NCBI RefSeq assembly: GCF_030028105.1
Contig: NC_092379.1
Span: forward strand, 26,281,821-26,345,820
Source of the DNA: Mobula birostris
Taxonomy: Eukaryota
Direction of reading: 5' to 3'
Length of the DNA stretch: 64,000 nucleotides
A program made the translations under genes and the position numbers. The notes below the pieces were generated by a model. That model worked only from the letters and a program-made list of their open reading frames with translations, did no database searches and was not told the DNA's origin. This document shows, piece after piece, positions 51,861 through 64,000 of this stretch (position 1 is the stretch's first letter; each line of letters opens with the position of its first letter).

Positions 51861-53501
51861 TATCTTTTCTGAAGAATGCGTTGAGTGATTTTCTCCTCAG
51901 AAAAATGTCGCTAAGATACAGGACTTTCCGATTCTGCTGTTTAACTGCTGTAATGGGCAGGAAATGAAAAGCGCCCAATGAGAACGCAGCCTCTTGATAC
52001 ATGCTCCGCCTATTGCCCCAGACAGGTCCGTATACCTCAGGGAAAGAGCGTCACACTCCGTTCCCTGACTGAGACAGCCCTCTGACGACATAAGCCTGCA
52101 GCTCTCGAAAATATTTATTTCCTTGGTCCAGTCGATCGACATGACGAAGAGAAATACGGTTGAAATTCTAAAAGAGAGCTTCTTACCGACTTTCAGCATA
52201 TTACCGATAACTACAAGGGCAACTCTCCGTCGGAGGTCGGTTCCTGGGACTTACATTATACAGCACGTATCTCAGGATTTTCCACAGAGACAAACAATGC
52301 TAAAATAAATTGACCACGTCACTTAGGAACTGCAGTTCTGTATGATGGAGCGATTGTCCGTATAAAAGTTTATGATTATCTCTGCCTGTTGGTTTCTATC
52401 CTTTCGCACCTGCCATTACTGCTTCATTCTGTACGCATCGGTGTCTGTATCTGTATGTCTGCCTCTAACAGACCTCGCGCTCGCGCAAGTGTATGTGTGT
52501 TTCTGTGTCTTTGTGTGTGTGTTCACATCCTGACATTCATTCATTCGCTATCTGTTGATGTTTCAGAGCAAATTGAGCTTAGCAACACCCAGGATAGTTT
52601 TTTGAGGGTACCCGCCACGATAGGTTGAGTTTGAAGGCGTGGAGATATAGGGTGCAATACGACAATAGTGTCCCCTGATATGTTGACAAGTAATCCTTCA
52701 AACTTTCTACACCTCAGTGTCAAACATGCCCAGACATTCTGCCGAGCATTGGACATATTGCAGCTAAAATGTCGGATATATCTCAGGATTCTGAAAGAAA
52801 TGCAGCATGCCATATCATGTATGTATATTTCAATGTTTCGTCTGTCGGTTCTCAACCATTAATTTAACCGAAACGACCAAACGTATTGCGGCAGGTACGC
52901 TTCTCGCTCCTCCATGATAAAAAAAAAAAAAAAAAAAAAAAAACACCAGAATCTACGACAACAGGAGTGCATGATCCCCACGGTATAAAGATAGTCCATT
53001 TTTACAGAGTCTCAATGGGCAGCACAAGCAAATTAATCTGTAAGGAGCACAAAGAATAAATGCCGTGTAGTATATAGTTCTTACTCCTTCATTTTATCTC
53101 TTTCATCTCAAACTCTCTCCCCCTCTGAACTTCTACCTGAGTCAACCTCCCTGTATACTTTATAGTTTATTTCTACTCCTTTCTTTTTCTGTATCTCTTT
53201 CGTTATCTTCCTACCAGCAGGACTCTGCTTTTCTCTAGCCATCACTATCTCTCAATTTTCTATTATCTGTTTCAAGTTGTTTGATTTGTGTGTTGTTTTG
53301 TTAATTTTCTCTTTGTTTAAAAAAAAAAATACAGGTCGTCTCTTTTTCAAACCCATTCTCTCCCTCCCTCTTTGTTATTCTCTCTGTGCCTCTCACCCAA
53401 GCCACATTGTCTACCTGTGTTTTTCTTCGTTTGCCTCGCTGTTTGCAACGTATCTGACTGTAATTTCTTCTTTTCCATTATTTACCCTCTCTCCTCCTTT
53501 G

Positions 53502-53504
<3 letters not shown>

Positions 53505-53577
<73 letters not shown>
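53505..53577. repeat. (CT)n microsatellite inside a pyrimidine-rich low-complexity block (~53100-53850)
   Basis: Read directly. Confidence 0.95.
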
Positions 53578-53579
<2 letters not shown>

Positions 53580-54402
53580 TCCCTCCTTCTCTATTATACT
53601 CTCAGTGCCTCCCTCTCCGGCTACTATATCCACCTGTTGTTTACTTCATTTATCTCGCTGTTTGTCTGCTACGTGTTTGTAATTTCTTCCTTTTTTTGTT
53701 ATTTACCCTCTCTCTTCCTCTCTCGCCTTCTGTACTCTATGTCTTTGTGCGTATGCTTATTCTATTATCACCTCACATCCTTACACTCATCTTTGTCTCT
53801 ATCCCTTTGAGCCTGCTACTTCGGCAGTATTTCCACGTATTAATTTCTCACTATAGATGCTCTCCCACTGAGAGTTTCCGAAAGATAGACATTAAACTGA
53901 ATCGTTATCCCTCCAGGACTCGACATACATGTCTACTTCTGTCTGAATATTTTTTTTCTTCTTTAAAATGAGAAGAAAAAAAAAACTTAAGTTTCCGCTC
54001 TAGCACAACTTTTCTGTCAGTCTATCCAGTTGACAAGACGTAGGCCTGCGGTTGGCACTGCTCTGCTATAGTTTCCGTGATTTCGGAGTTCGTAGTTCAT
54101 TTGTGGCGCTATGTTGCGAAGAGACTTTGTACGCCCACACGATCGGTAAGTGGGGTTTACTTCGGAATTGAAAGAATACAGGGTGGGTTAATTGGAAAAT
54201 GTAAATTGTTCCATGATCGCCTTGAGATAATCAGCTTTGACGGTGGTTGCAGAGACAGCGTGGCTCAAGGTTTGTTACACCGTCTCCCGCGCTGTATCGC
54301 TACTATTGGAAAAAACAACAAATTGCTAAATACCTATTTTTTTTCTTTCTTTTTTAGCGACAGGCCACTGAAGTAACGTATTGCATCTCCAGAATCTCCA
54401 GA

Positions 54403-55106
54403 TGTAATGTGCTTTGCCAGAGTTGCCGCATGCCGTTCTCTGTTTGCATATGCATGGGGGGTTCATCTTTATTTTTTTGTTACTGCATAAGCAAATTAAA
54501 CTGGCTTCTATTTATGCTATAATTAAAATGATTTTTCTGTGATGTTAACTGCTGAGACGGTGATTCTTTTTCGAGCAGCAAGCAGCTTGTTTGGGTTTTC
54601 AATAATGATAAAGTGTGAATGATCCAATGGGTGTCCATGTTATTCTTTTTTCCTGGGGTGATATTCTGTTCCATATGGCTGGGGACCGCTGTGTTTTGCG
54701 TGCTTTTCAAGAGAGACCGGGAGAAGACGGACATGCTAGAAGCGGTCTGGTCCATCACCTTGGGTGGTCCCGAGTGGCGGGCGAGGGGGTCAGAGTGGAT
54801 CGCAGGGTGAAGAGAGAAGACCCAGGGCAATTGTGCTCCAACTGTGTGCACGACGAAATTGGACTTTGATAAGTTTGGCGTTTTTTTTTTTTCTTTCTCC
54901 TTTATATTTCATCTCTATTAATCTCATAGTCCCAGGAGATTTACAAAGTGTAATCTATAAAGTGTACACTGTGTGCTGTCTGATATTTGATGTGTGAGGT
55001 CGTACCAGGTGGCATTGCACAGCAGCCGACACAACTGGGATACACGGTTGGGCGTCGGATAGGGTTTCTCCTAGATAAATACAAGCCGATAGAGCTGAGC
55101 GTTACA
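54403..55106. mobile_element. Solo LTR
   Basis: Starts TGTAAT and ends GTTACA; flanks CAGA and CATA form a 4-bp TSD with one mismatch; non-coding. Confidence 0.6.
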
Positions 55107-55693
55107 CATAGAAAATTGATTTGCAGATATATCGAGAACGGTAATATTATTACGGCCGTGATTCGCTTGATCGATATTCTCCCTCCTCATTCCAACAATG
55201 TGCCTGGACACCTGTCTCACCAGCCCGTTTTCCTGAGCCTTTTAGCGATACATTGAAAGGAAAGTATTGGTTCCAAGCAATTGTTATCTTTTCCAAACTA
55301 CCGAGTGACTGTCATTTTTGCCGGAATGGGGAACTCAAGAGGCTGCACTCGGCCACACTTGGAGTGGCCTTATCTCTTCTGGAACAAAATGTCCCCATAT
55401 ACGTGCGATCGCCCGGCAGACACAGGAAAGCGGGATTGATGAAACATGAGCCCGGGCAGATTGACAGGTGAAATATCTCAGGAATGTGAACCATCATGGT
55501 CTTCACCACAATAATGCACAAAGTCCTTCTCTCTGTTTCTCTCTATTCCTATCCAGTTCTGTGAAATGATCTTTAGTGTATCATTATCCGGAATGATTTC
55601 ATGAAAACTGGAGAAACCCGGTTCAAGGCATTTTATTAAACTCCTTTCCTGAAGGAAATGAAACAGCATTGAACAGTGCATTTAAGAATTATG

Positions 55694-58640
55694 GTTATTC
55701 ATGTTTGCAGTAACAGCTTCTCAATCGTTGACGTCTGTTGTTGACGACTTCCAACTCCGATTAGAAAAGCGTCACCCTCTTAGATATGTATGCCCCGCCC
55801 TGCTAGACGTACAACTATACGCTATCTTCAGATTCTGCAAGTGATGCTGTGGAGCTGATAACGCGAATAAATGGATATAAAACTAATGTAATACTTTCTC
55901 TCGCGACCAGCTGTGCAATCTATACCTGGTCGACATCACCATATACGACACAATCGACATGCCTTCAAAAGAGTTGTTGCTTGCAGACACTGTGGGAAGA
56001 ATAACTTCTGATGAAAGCAAATGGATACCAGGGGTTTAAATGTTTAAAGCGGGTATCAAACATCGATGGCAGTAGGAAACAGGGACGAGAATTCAACGCA
56101 AATATGCCCGAAACAAAAGCGCCAACGACAGTGCTGAGCGGGGCTGAGCCAACGTGAAAGGAGGTCCAGAATATCAGAAAGACAGCAAAGTCATCAGCCG
56201 CCTCTGGACCGAGCGGTCGACGCTACGTTATATGAAAACTGTCCAAGTCGCCTCTGGTGTTTGCTGAAGACAATGGGGAAAATCTGGACCAACGGCTCTA
56301 TCGCACGAAGCTGGAAAATGTTAAAGGATGCCTTGTCCTCAAGAAAAAAGAATCCTCTGACATCATCATGTTTATAACAATTCTACTCGTCAGCGAGAAG
56401 TGCACGATACTCTTCTGAATGCCTGCGAGAAGGCTGCCTTCTTACTCCTGTTTTAGTATTTTGCCTTCTCCATCTCAGGTTTAGATTTTGTTGGTCAGTG
56501 CATTTTGGCCACATGTTCCCATTTATTAAAGAACCACAGGCTGCATTCCAAAACTCATTTTGTGTCCCTACAATTTCGTTTAGTCTCATTTTTCCTGTCA
56601 CGAATTTCCCTCAATGGAGACACACCGTTTCAGCACCTCCACCCAGAAAGGTAACATTCCGATTTTTTTCAGTGTTTCTTGAATACATCTCAATAATCAG
56701 ACAATTGCCTCGCGAGGTCAGGCACATGAAATGTAACCTAGGAAGTTAGCTGGTTATACCTCGCCAACGCCAACGCCTCAATACTACAAATCCGCATCCA
56801 GACTGGTCAAGACCACTACTGTATCATACCAGAAAGCAAGACATGATTATTAGTTAGCGAGAAGGAGTCAACTGCGCTTTACTTCAGGCCACCTTACATC
56901 CTGGTGGCAAGACGTCTAAAAAGGGATTACAATCGGTTGCACGTTCTCCCCCATTATAACTTTCATTGCTTTTTATCTCCTCATATTAGCAGCAACAGAC
57001 GGAACCAGTTGCTCTCTCTTGGAGCCCAGCATGGGGGGTTAACCGATGACATCACAATAACGATAACAAGACATGTCCACGCAGAATAGATATTGACAAC
57101 CCTGGACAACGTAGGTAGCTGTGCTGGGGCGACCAGGTAGCTATATGGTTAGTCAACATGTTCAGATGCATGGTGATTATAAAAAAAGGCGAGGCTACTA
57201 GCATGTGGTGTCTTCAAGTACGAAGAAAAGTCGTTTCGTCGACTGAGGACAAATCAGTGAAATGTCTGGAAAGCGGTTTAATGCAGCAATAGGAGACAGC
57301 GTCAACATAATTGACACAGTAATGCAGACAGCAGAGCTGCTGCGGAAGATCGACAGAACTTATGTGACAGGTAAAATTAAGGCATGAAGTAACAATATGA
57401 TCTACTGCATGTCTGCACTGGCTTTTGCGATTGTACGAGATCCCCAGGGCTACTGTAGAATGTATGAAGAGGACAGTGAGCATGCACTTGCGGGGGAGGC
57501 TGGAGATTCTCCCATTTTTTTTTTCTTCAATGTGTCTCTACATATGAAACGTTCAGCTCCAGCTCCCATTGTCATTGGTAGTGAAGGAGTTCAAGGCAGC
57601 AATGTGTTGAGTTTTGTTAGCAGTAGGGAACTCCGATAACAAGCGAATAAACCAAGCGGGAGTTACAAAAAGTTCGGACCATCAACTCGGCCATAGGCAA
57701 AGCAGTGAGAGTTCAGCAATTGGGATACATCATTCGCAAACCAATCTGGGGACGGCAAGAGCCCGGCTCCCCATACTTTCCTCTATAGAGGAGTGCAAGT
57801 TAGAGGATAGGTTTGACATGGCACATCAGTGACATTAGTGATGTGCTCATTGGACGTCTGTACGAAATGGGATCTTATCAAGCTTAAGATTACTTGGACT
57901 GAGTTTGAAGACTGGAGTCCTTCAGCTTTCCATTCAGGCATGTTTTCAGTTTCTATCAGTCTCCCTACTGTATTCAGTTGAAGGCAAGTTTAGGAGAGAG
58001 ACCACAGTTACCAGATTTGTAGTCTGCAGGATGCACCGACGTAAGACATCTAAAATGCAAAACAGCTTTTACACAGACGCTATCGGTAGCACAAGGATAA
58101 AGTCCCGCTGTTCCGCCCTGACACACTGGAACGACAGAGGTGTAACAAGAGACTAGATGGCAGAAAGAGGAGACAGGACGGTCTTTTTCATCAAAGGGGG
58201 GGGAATGCCAGTGCCATCCAAAAGGCCTAATTCCAGTCTACTGCAAACTAGCAAATGATTGAAGATGAAGGTTGATGTGGCGTGGAAGCTGCATTTCAGG
58301 GATTCAGTACAAACCAGAAACCGTGCTACGAACTACAAAATACAACAAAAACAAATCAGAAAAAAATGTCCTGGTGGAGATCACAGTACCATGGGTGGAA
58401 GGATGCGAGGAGGCCCGCAAGAGGAAGGCCCTGAAGTACCAGTGCGTGAGCATCCGGACAGAAGTTGTCAGACATGGCTATTCGCTGTGGATATCAGCCG
58501 TAGAGTTCCCACGACAGGGTCAGCTTGGAAGTTTCTGTCTGCGCTGGCTTGGCCTTAACGAAGAGACTCAAGAACTACTAGCTCATATACTGGGGGAGGA
58601 AGCAGAGAAAGAGCCGCTTACTGGGTATAGTGCAGGCGAG
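55694..58640 (+). mobile_element. Decayed HERO-like RLE non-LTR retrotransposon, copy 2
   Basis: Colinear with 1-2810. ORF 58272-58685 contains VLVEITVPWVEGCEEARKRKALKYQ (RLE motif) and ORF 56904-57089 ends in TDDITITIT (RT motif). Confidence 0.75.
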
Positions 58641-58839
58641 TGGTGTGAAATTGGAGTCAGGATTTCCTGGGCAGTGACTTCCTGAACCCAACACTGGAAA
58701 GTGGAGTAGTTAGCGCAGAAACACTCTATGAAAGCTGGGCATCACCTGACGATATCTTCTTCTGGTCAAAAGCTATAGTTACATCATCAGTTAACTGAAG
58801 AGAGTACCTGATGTGAAACGCATGTTGTTTGATCCTCAT

Positions 58840-59564
58840 CAGTATGGGTGGATGGAAGAAGAACTGGGGGCGTCATATACGCAGAGGCGTAGTATAAAAT
58901 GATACATGTGACTGGCAGCAGTGAAGAGTATGGCTGCTGCGTATATAGCTGCCCGGTCAGTATTGCCGTGAGACAATCTCGGCCTGCTATATTACTGTTT
59001 ATAATATGTAATGGCGCACAGATAATATCTGTTCTCGTGCAGAAGGACTTAGAATAATGTGGAGTTGAGATGAATCGGCGTGCACCATCGAGGTTCAAAG
59101 TGCAGAACAGCTATAATGGCACTTACGTTCGGTATACCCGGGGAAATTAGCTGTACTATCCAGCTGTCATCTCGCACAGCTTGCACAAACCACAGTAATC
59201 CGCACTGCCTGCTTTTTGAATGGGACATATTGTGACTCAAATTGAGCATCTTCAGACGATTTTTCATTATCATTCCAGTATCGGCCCATGGAAGAATGAG
59301 TAGAGGACTCGGTACGACATATACATAGAGACATATTATAAAATTACACGTGTAGCTGGCAGCAGTGAAGTGTACGGTAGCTGCAGATATCGCTGGACGG
59401 TCAGTATAGCCCTGAGACAATCTCATCCAGCAATATTATTGTTCATTATATGCAAAGGCGCACAAATGTTGAGTATCCTACTGCGCAGGCACCTAGATCG
59501 CCAATCTGAACGGTGCCGAGGATTTGTAATGTTAACCGTTTCACGACCTGGCTCATGTATTTAA
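58840..59564 (+). repeat. Tandem 444-bp unit (paralog of 3008-3730)
   Basis: TATAAAAT anchors at 58893 and 59337 are 444 nt apart, so the two units are in frame. Confidence 0.8.
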
Positions 59565-61246
59565 GGTTACAGTGGTCTTTATTCCCAGGGGTAAATGATA
59601 TACTGTGTAATGCCCGTCCAGGGAGTAATTTATCCGAGAAAGGAAAAGCTGGATGTCGGACCCTATCGTTTCAGGTCTAAAAAAAAATCACTGAAAGCAA
59701 AGATGAAAAAGTCGACCGGAATGTTCTTTGGTTTTTCCTTATTTTAACCAGTAATATAAATGAGAGTGCTACTTCGGGTCATTGATAAATAAGAGAAATG
59801 TTTGTACCAGGACAGGTTCATTCTGTTCCATTTGCAATCCTGCACTATTTTCCCACGTATCTTTAAAACGGAAAATCTAATCTTTTACAGGCTCACAGGT
59901 TTTCGTTTTCATCTCGAGACCTCCGCAAAATCAGCTTGCTGTTTGGGCCAACTATGATTGTTTCATTGGTCTTTTCTAATCATGGGTGTCTGCGTAGTGA
60001 TGATCCGTTCGCCTTTATCTACTTTCCGTACCCAATCCCCATTTGCTCTCCGGTGCCGTGAATCGTTGTACCATTATGTAACTCACATTCCGTACGGGAA
60101 TCGCTATTTCCTGCTACTGCTCAGTAGACTGTACTGTCTTGGTCTGTGACCAGGTGTGCACCACTACACCCTGTGAAATGTCCATAGGATGTGACTGCTG
60201 GAAGAAGAATAGCCCTTAACTCGGCAGTGGAGTTATCGGAGCACCTTTTTTTTAACGGTGTTTCCGTCGCAAGCTATTCTTGTTTTTATGAGGCCCAGTT
60301 GCCAGTTCGAAGCTCAACCCGACTTGGATTCGTGCTCGGGAACCTTCGCTGATATCATTGCGCAACGAAGCAGGATATTATAATAGAAGGACTGGGCTAA
60401 ATCTTGTGTCGTCACCTGAGATTAAATGGAAGTTAAAAAAAAAAGAGAGAACAATCATGGCTTGCACTTTGCTCCTATAATGAAACTCACCAGGTGTGCA
60501 AAAGTACGCCTGACACATATTAAGTGATGCTTCATACTTCATTGGTTGCTAATTGCTCCATTTTACCTTTTCTGTTCTCCAACGCTTCGACGTCAGTGCC
60601 TGACCATGAATCACTTCATAATAAAAATGATTGTCGAAATCACGACGTCCATTCCCAATATCCGATGGCATGTTGTACTCCCCATCAGCCGCCCCGCCTG
60701 CAACTTCCTACAAACACTGGGCGTGTGTTTTGACGTTTCGAACAACTTGTTGATAACGGAATCTGAGGAATAAAGAAGCAGACCTGCTTGTTTTTCCGTG
60801 TGTGTCAAAGGTTGAGCCGATAGTCCAATTGGACAAAACAAATTGCTCTAAGCAGCAAATCCCCTTACATATTTAAGCCCCCCATTAAATTCGTACTCTT
60901 TTACAAGCTTTTTCTCGCTCTCTTTGCAATCTTAGCCCACATCTTGGCTTCTATTAGGGAGCTTACTTATAATTCCCAAATGTGTTGTTTTTCCTTCTTG
61001 GAATGTCTTATCCCCACCAAGTAGGATTCAATGTTCACTGATCATAATAACACCTTTATAAAGGTGTTATTCCGTCTCATTCAATCCACCAAGCCACCAC
61101 CTTTGTCTTCCTGTCTGCCTTTACTATACAGAGAATAGTATTTGATCTTAAATTCCCTAATATGGCACACTTTTTGCCATGACTTAGTAACGGCCACATT
61201 TGCATATCAATCAATCTTTAATTAGCCACAAATTCATCCATCATAT

Positions 61247-61549
61247 CCGTTAGTATTGCGAGACCATTAGTCTGCGCCTGGAAGGTCTTCACTCTCCAGG
61301 GTGCAGGCCTAGGGAAGGTTGTATGGAAGACTGGCAGTTGCCCATGCTGCAATTCTCCACTCTCCACGACACCGATGTTTCCAAGGGTAGGGCATTATGA
61401 CCGTATAGTTTGGCACTGATTTCGATGTAGAGCACTGTGGCTTAAGCGCCTTGCTGAAGGAGACAACACGCTGCCTCTGCTGGCGCTCGAACTCACGAAC
61501 TTTCTTCAGATCGCTAGTCAAAAGCCTTAACCACTTGGCCACGTGGCCA
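61247..61549 (-). mobile_element. tRNA-derived SINE
   Basis: Minus strand begins GTGGCCAAGTGGTTAAGGC (A box) and has GAGTTCGAGC (B box). It is absent from the paralogous site in copy A (CATGATATT|CAGAAGG at ~4950-4970). Confidence 0.75.
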
Positions 61550-61789
61550 GAAGGCTACAGAGCATTGAAAAAAAAAAATCCTTCAGCCCCACATTTTCCG
61601 GCCTTTTGAATGTTGCCTCTGTGGTATCATTTAACGTTTTGTTCTCTCTGCAGGACTACCTGATCTTTGGTTTGTCTTTCCTTACATTCATGTTACAGCC
61701 ATCATCTATTTGTGAACCTGTGGCTCATCCTCAGTTCTGTCTATGTGTTTCCCATCTCCCTGCCATATTATTTTAGACAACTCTAGTAA

Positions 61790-62900
61790 ATCTGCCCGCA
61801 AGAATTTTGTCCCTTCGGGTTCATATGCAACCCCTCCCTACCGTAGGAGTTCCACATACCCCAGAGGAGATCTCAATTATTGAGAAACCAGCATCCTTGC
61901 CTCCTGCTCCAATTCCCAACCACCTATTTATCTGTCACCTTACTCTGTTCCTATGATCAATGTCGTGTGGCACAAGCAGCAATCTGGAGATTACTACACC
62001 TGAGGTGCTGCTTCTCAGTTTTCCCTCCTAACTCTCCATTTTTTTTTCAGAACTTCCTCCTGTTATTTTCTTTTTTTCCTATGTCGTTGATACCAAATGG
62101 TACCCCTACTTCTGGCTACTCAGAATCCTTTTTCAGTATATTCTGGACGCGTCTAGATACATTTATGACCGGACGACCCATGAAGAAAACTGCCCTCCAC
62201 GTTTTCCTTTTTCGTCCACAGATTCCCGTATCCGACACCTGATAATACTGTCCACTGTTACTGCTGCTATCATGTTCAGTTCCTTACTCTTCTGTGCCAC
62301 AGGGCCAAAGTCACTGTGAGAAGTACGGCCGCTGTTGTTGTACCCTGATAAGCAGTTCCCCCCAAACAATACTCAAAATGGATAACTTATCGTTGAAGGA
62401 GGCGGCCACAGGTGTGCTCAGCGCTATCTGGTTTTATCTCTTCCCACTCCTGACAATCACATTTACCGATCTCCTGTTGAGTTGGTGTGACTCCTGGTCC
62501 TGTCTATCACTATTTCACTTTCCCTAACAAGGCGAAGGTCACGCAGCTACAGGTCCAGTTCCCGCATACGGACTGTACCGATCTGCATTTCGATGCACCT
62601 GGCGCAGATATAGACATCGGAACAGCTGGAGTGCTCCTGAAATTACAACAACTGACACACAGAACAGAACACTGGCCTTGTTGACATACCCACTTTTCTC
62701 TATATAGTTGAATAAGAAAGAAGGAATGAGCTTACATATCCTCCACCTGTACTGGACGAAACTTTTTTGAGTCACAAACCGTACAACTCTGCGTCACGCT
62801 GTTCCCACAACGTCCACTTCGCTGTTATGTACCTCGTTTTCTATACTGGGATCCCCGTCGAAAATCTTTGTCGATCCTGAGCGGGCACCCTCCTGTTGGT
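61790..62900 (-). mobile_element. CR1 5' portion (ORF1 zinc finger and esterase remnants)
   Basis: Minus-strand remnants C..CQ...C..CIEMQI...RELDL..RDLRLVRESEIVIDR, V.SIIR and GINDIGKK, like the ORF1 remnants at 22830-23500 and 42432-42779. Confidence 0.6.
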
Positions 62901-62959
62901 TAAGCGCAGTACTCCAATCAACGACTCCTGTCGAAAAGCTTGCTGCTTTTAAAATCTAT

Positions 62960-63240
62960 GACACAAAATAATCTGCAGATGCTGGGATCAAAGTAACACT
63001 CAAAACACGCTGGAGGACCTCAGCAGGTTTGGGCAGCATCGGTGGAAACGATGAGTCGACGTTTCGGGCAGGAAACATCCGTCAGGACTGAAGAGGAAAA
63101 GGGCAGAGGCCCTATAAAGAAAGTAGGCGACAGTTGGAGGGAGAAGGCTGGTAGGCTCAGTTGAAAAAACAGTAATTTGAAAGAAAAAGGGGTGGGGGAG
63201 TGGAAGCGGGGAGGTTATAGACAGGAAAACAGTGGGTAGC
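62960..63240 (+). mobile_element. Terminal fragment of a Penelope-like element
   Basis: ACACGCTGGAGGACCTCAGCAGG...GTCGACGTTTCGGGC...GTCAGGACTG resembles Penelope-associated ends I recall from elasmobranch genomes; not verified by search. Confidence 0.35.
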
Positions 63241-64000
63241 AGAGGATTGCTTCTCCGACTGGAGGCCTGTGACTAGTGGTATGCCACAGGGATCAGTGTT
63301 GTGTCCACTGTTATTTGTCATCTATATTAATGACCTGGATTATAATATGGTAAATTGGATCAGAAAATGTGCTGATGATACAAAGAGTGGAGGTGTAGTG
63401 GACACTGAGGAAAGTTTTCAAAGCTTGCAGAGCGATGTCGACCAGCTGGAAAAAAATGGGCTGAAAAATGGCAGATTGAGTCTAATTAAGACAATAGTGA
63501 GGTATTGCACTTTAGAAGGACAGACCAAGGTCCAACATACAGGGTAAATGGTAAGGCACTGAGGAGTGCAGCAGAACAGAGGGATCTGGGAATACAGATA
63601 CAAAATTTCCTAAAAGTGGCGTCACCGGTAGATATGGTCGTAAAGACTGCTTTTGGTACATTGGCCTTTATTAATCAAAGTATTGAGTATAAGATCTGGA
63701 ATGTTATGATGAGGTTTTATAAGGCATTGGTGAGGCCGAATCTGGAGTATTGTGTTCAGTTTTGTTCAGCAACTTACAGGAAGGATATTAATAAGGTTGA
63801 ACGAGTGCAGAAAAGTTTTACAAAGATGTTGCCGGGACCTCAGAAACTCAGTTACAGAGAATGGTTGAACAGGTTAGGACTTTATTCCCTGGAGCGAAGC
63901 AGAATGAGCGAAGTTTAGATGGAGGTATGTATAATCATAATGGGTATAGATAGAGTGATTGCAAGCAGACTTTTCCACTGAGGCAAGGGGAGAAAAACAA
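63240..64000 (+). mobile_element. CR1 RT fragment running off the window end
   Basis: GMPQGSVLCPLLFVIYINDLD...ADDTKSGG, LVRPNLEYCVQF, LGLYSLER. Confidence 0.92.

Larger units (their letters stand above)
55694..61759 (+). repeat. Segmental duplication, copy B (carries an extra ~450-bp block at ~60121-60570 and a SINE)
   Basis: Same anchors as copy A, in the same orientation. Confidence 0.9.

Noticed and set aside
58787-59098. ICAPLHIIN resembling GPCR TM6 or the olfactory-receptor ICxPLHY motif
   Set aside because: It is a short match only, with no seven-helix pattern, and that frame has many stops upstream.
59049-59426. Minus-strand ORF with LKMLNLSHN...CGLLWFV resembling a TLR LRR/LRRCT
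   Set aside because: The paralog (3214-3432) does not keep the motif, there are no further LRRs, and no transmembrane or TIR region follows. It is probably an antisense by-product of the 444-bp unit.
1-64000. D, J (FGxG) or constant-region segments, IgH-type or NAR-type V segments, tRNA/rRNA genes, CRISPR arrays
   Set aside because: None was recognisable by eye. The only tRNA-like sequence is the SINE head at ~61500-61545, and short D segments could have been missed without an RSS scan.

Overview
Eukaryotic, repeat-dominated DNA from a jawed vertebrate. The repeat landscape fits a cartilaginous fish, probably a ray, but that is inference. The window is part of an antigen-receptor variable-gene region. 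It holds two T-cell receptor alpha/delta-type V segments, each with a 46-nt leader exon, a V exon and a 23-bp-spacer RSS, pointing toward each other about 43 kb apart. V1 (+, 7125-7998) is a pseudogene: dead splice acceptor, YYC changed to NNC, heptamer CACAGGG. V2 (-, 51369-51860) has an open frame with intact splice sites and RSS but has lost both the first Ig cysteine and the conserved tryptophan. The rest is mostly decayed retroelements: many CR1 LINEs (some with esterase ORF1), one L1/Tx1-type LINE, Rex1/Babar-like LINE pieces, two HERO-like RLE non-LTR elements, two Gmr1-like gypsy elements (integrase upstream of RT, both lacking RNase H at the same breakpoint), solo LTRs and a SINE. Positions 1-5175 are an old paralog of about 55694-61759; that cassette carries an unexplained tandem 443/444-bp unit that looks like a decayed repeated protein domain. 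No D, J or C segments, RNA genes or CRISPR arrays were found. All calls are by-eye; no database searches were run.
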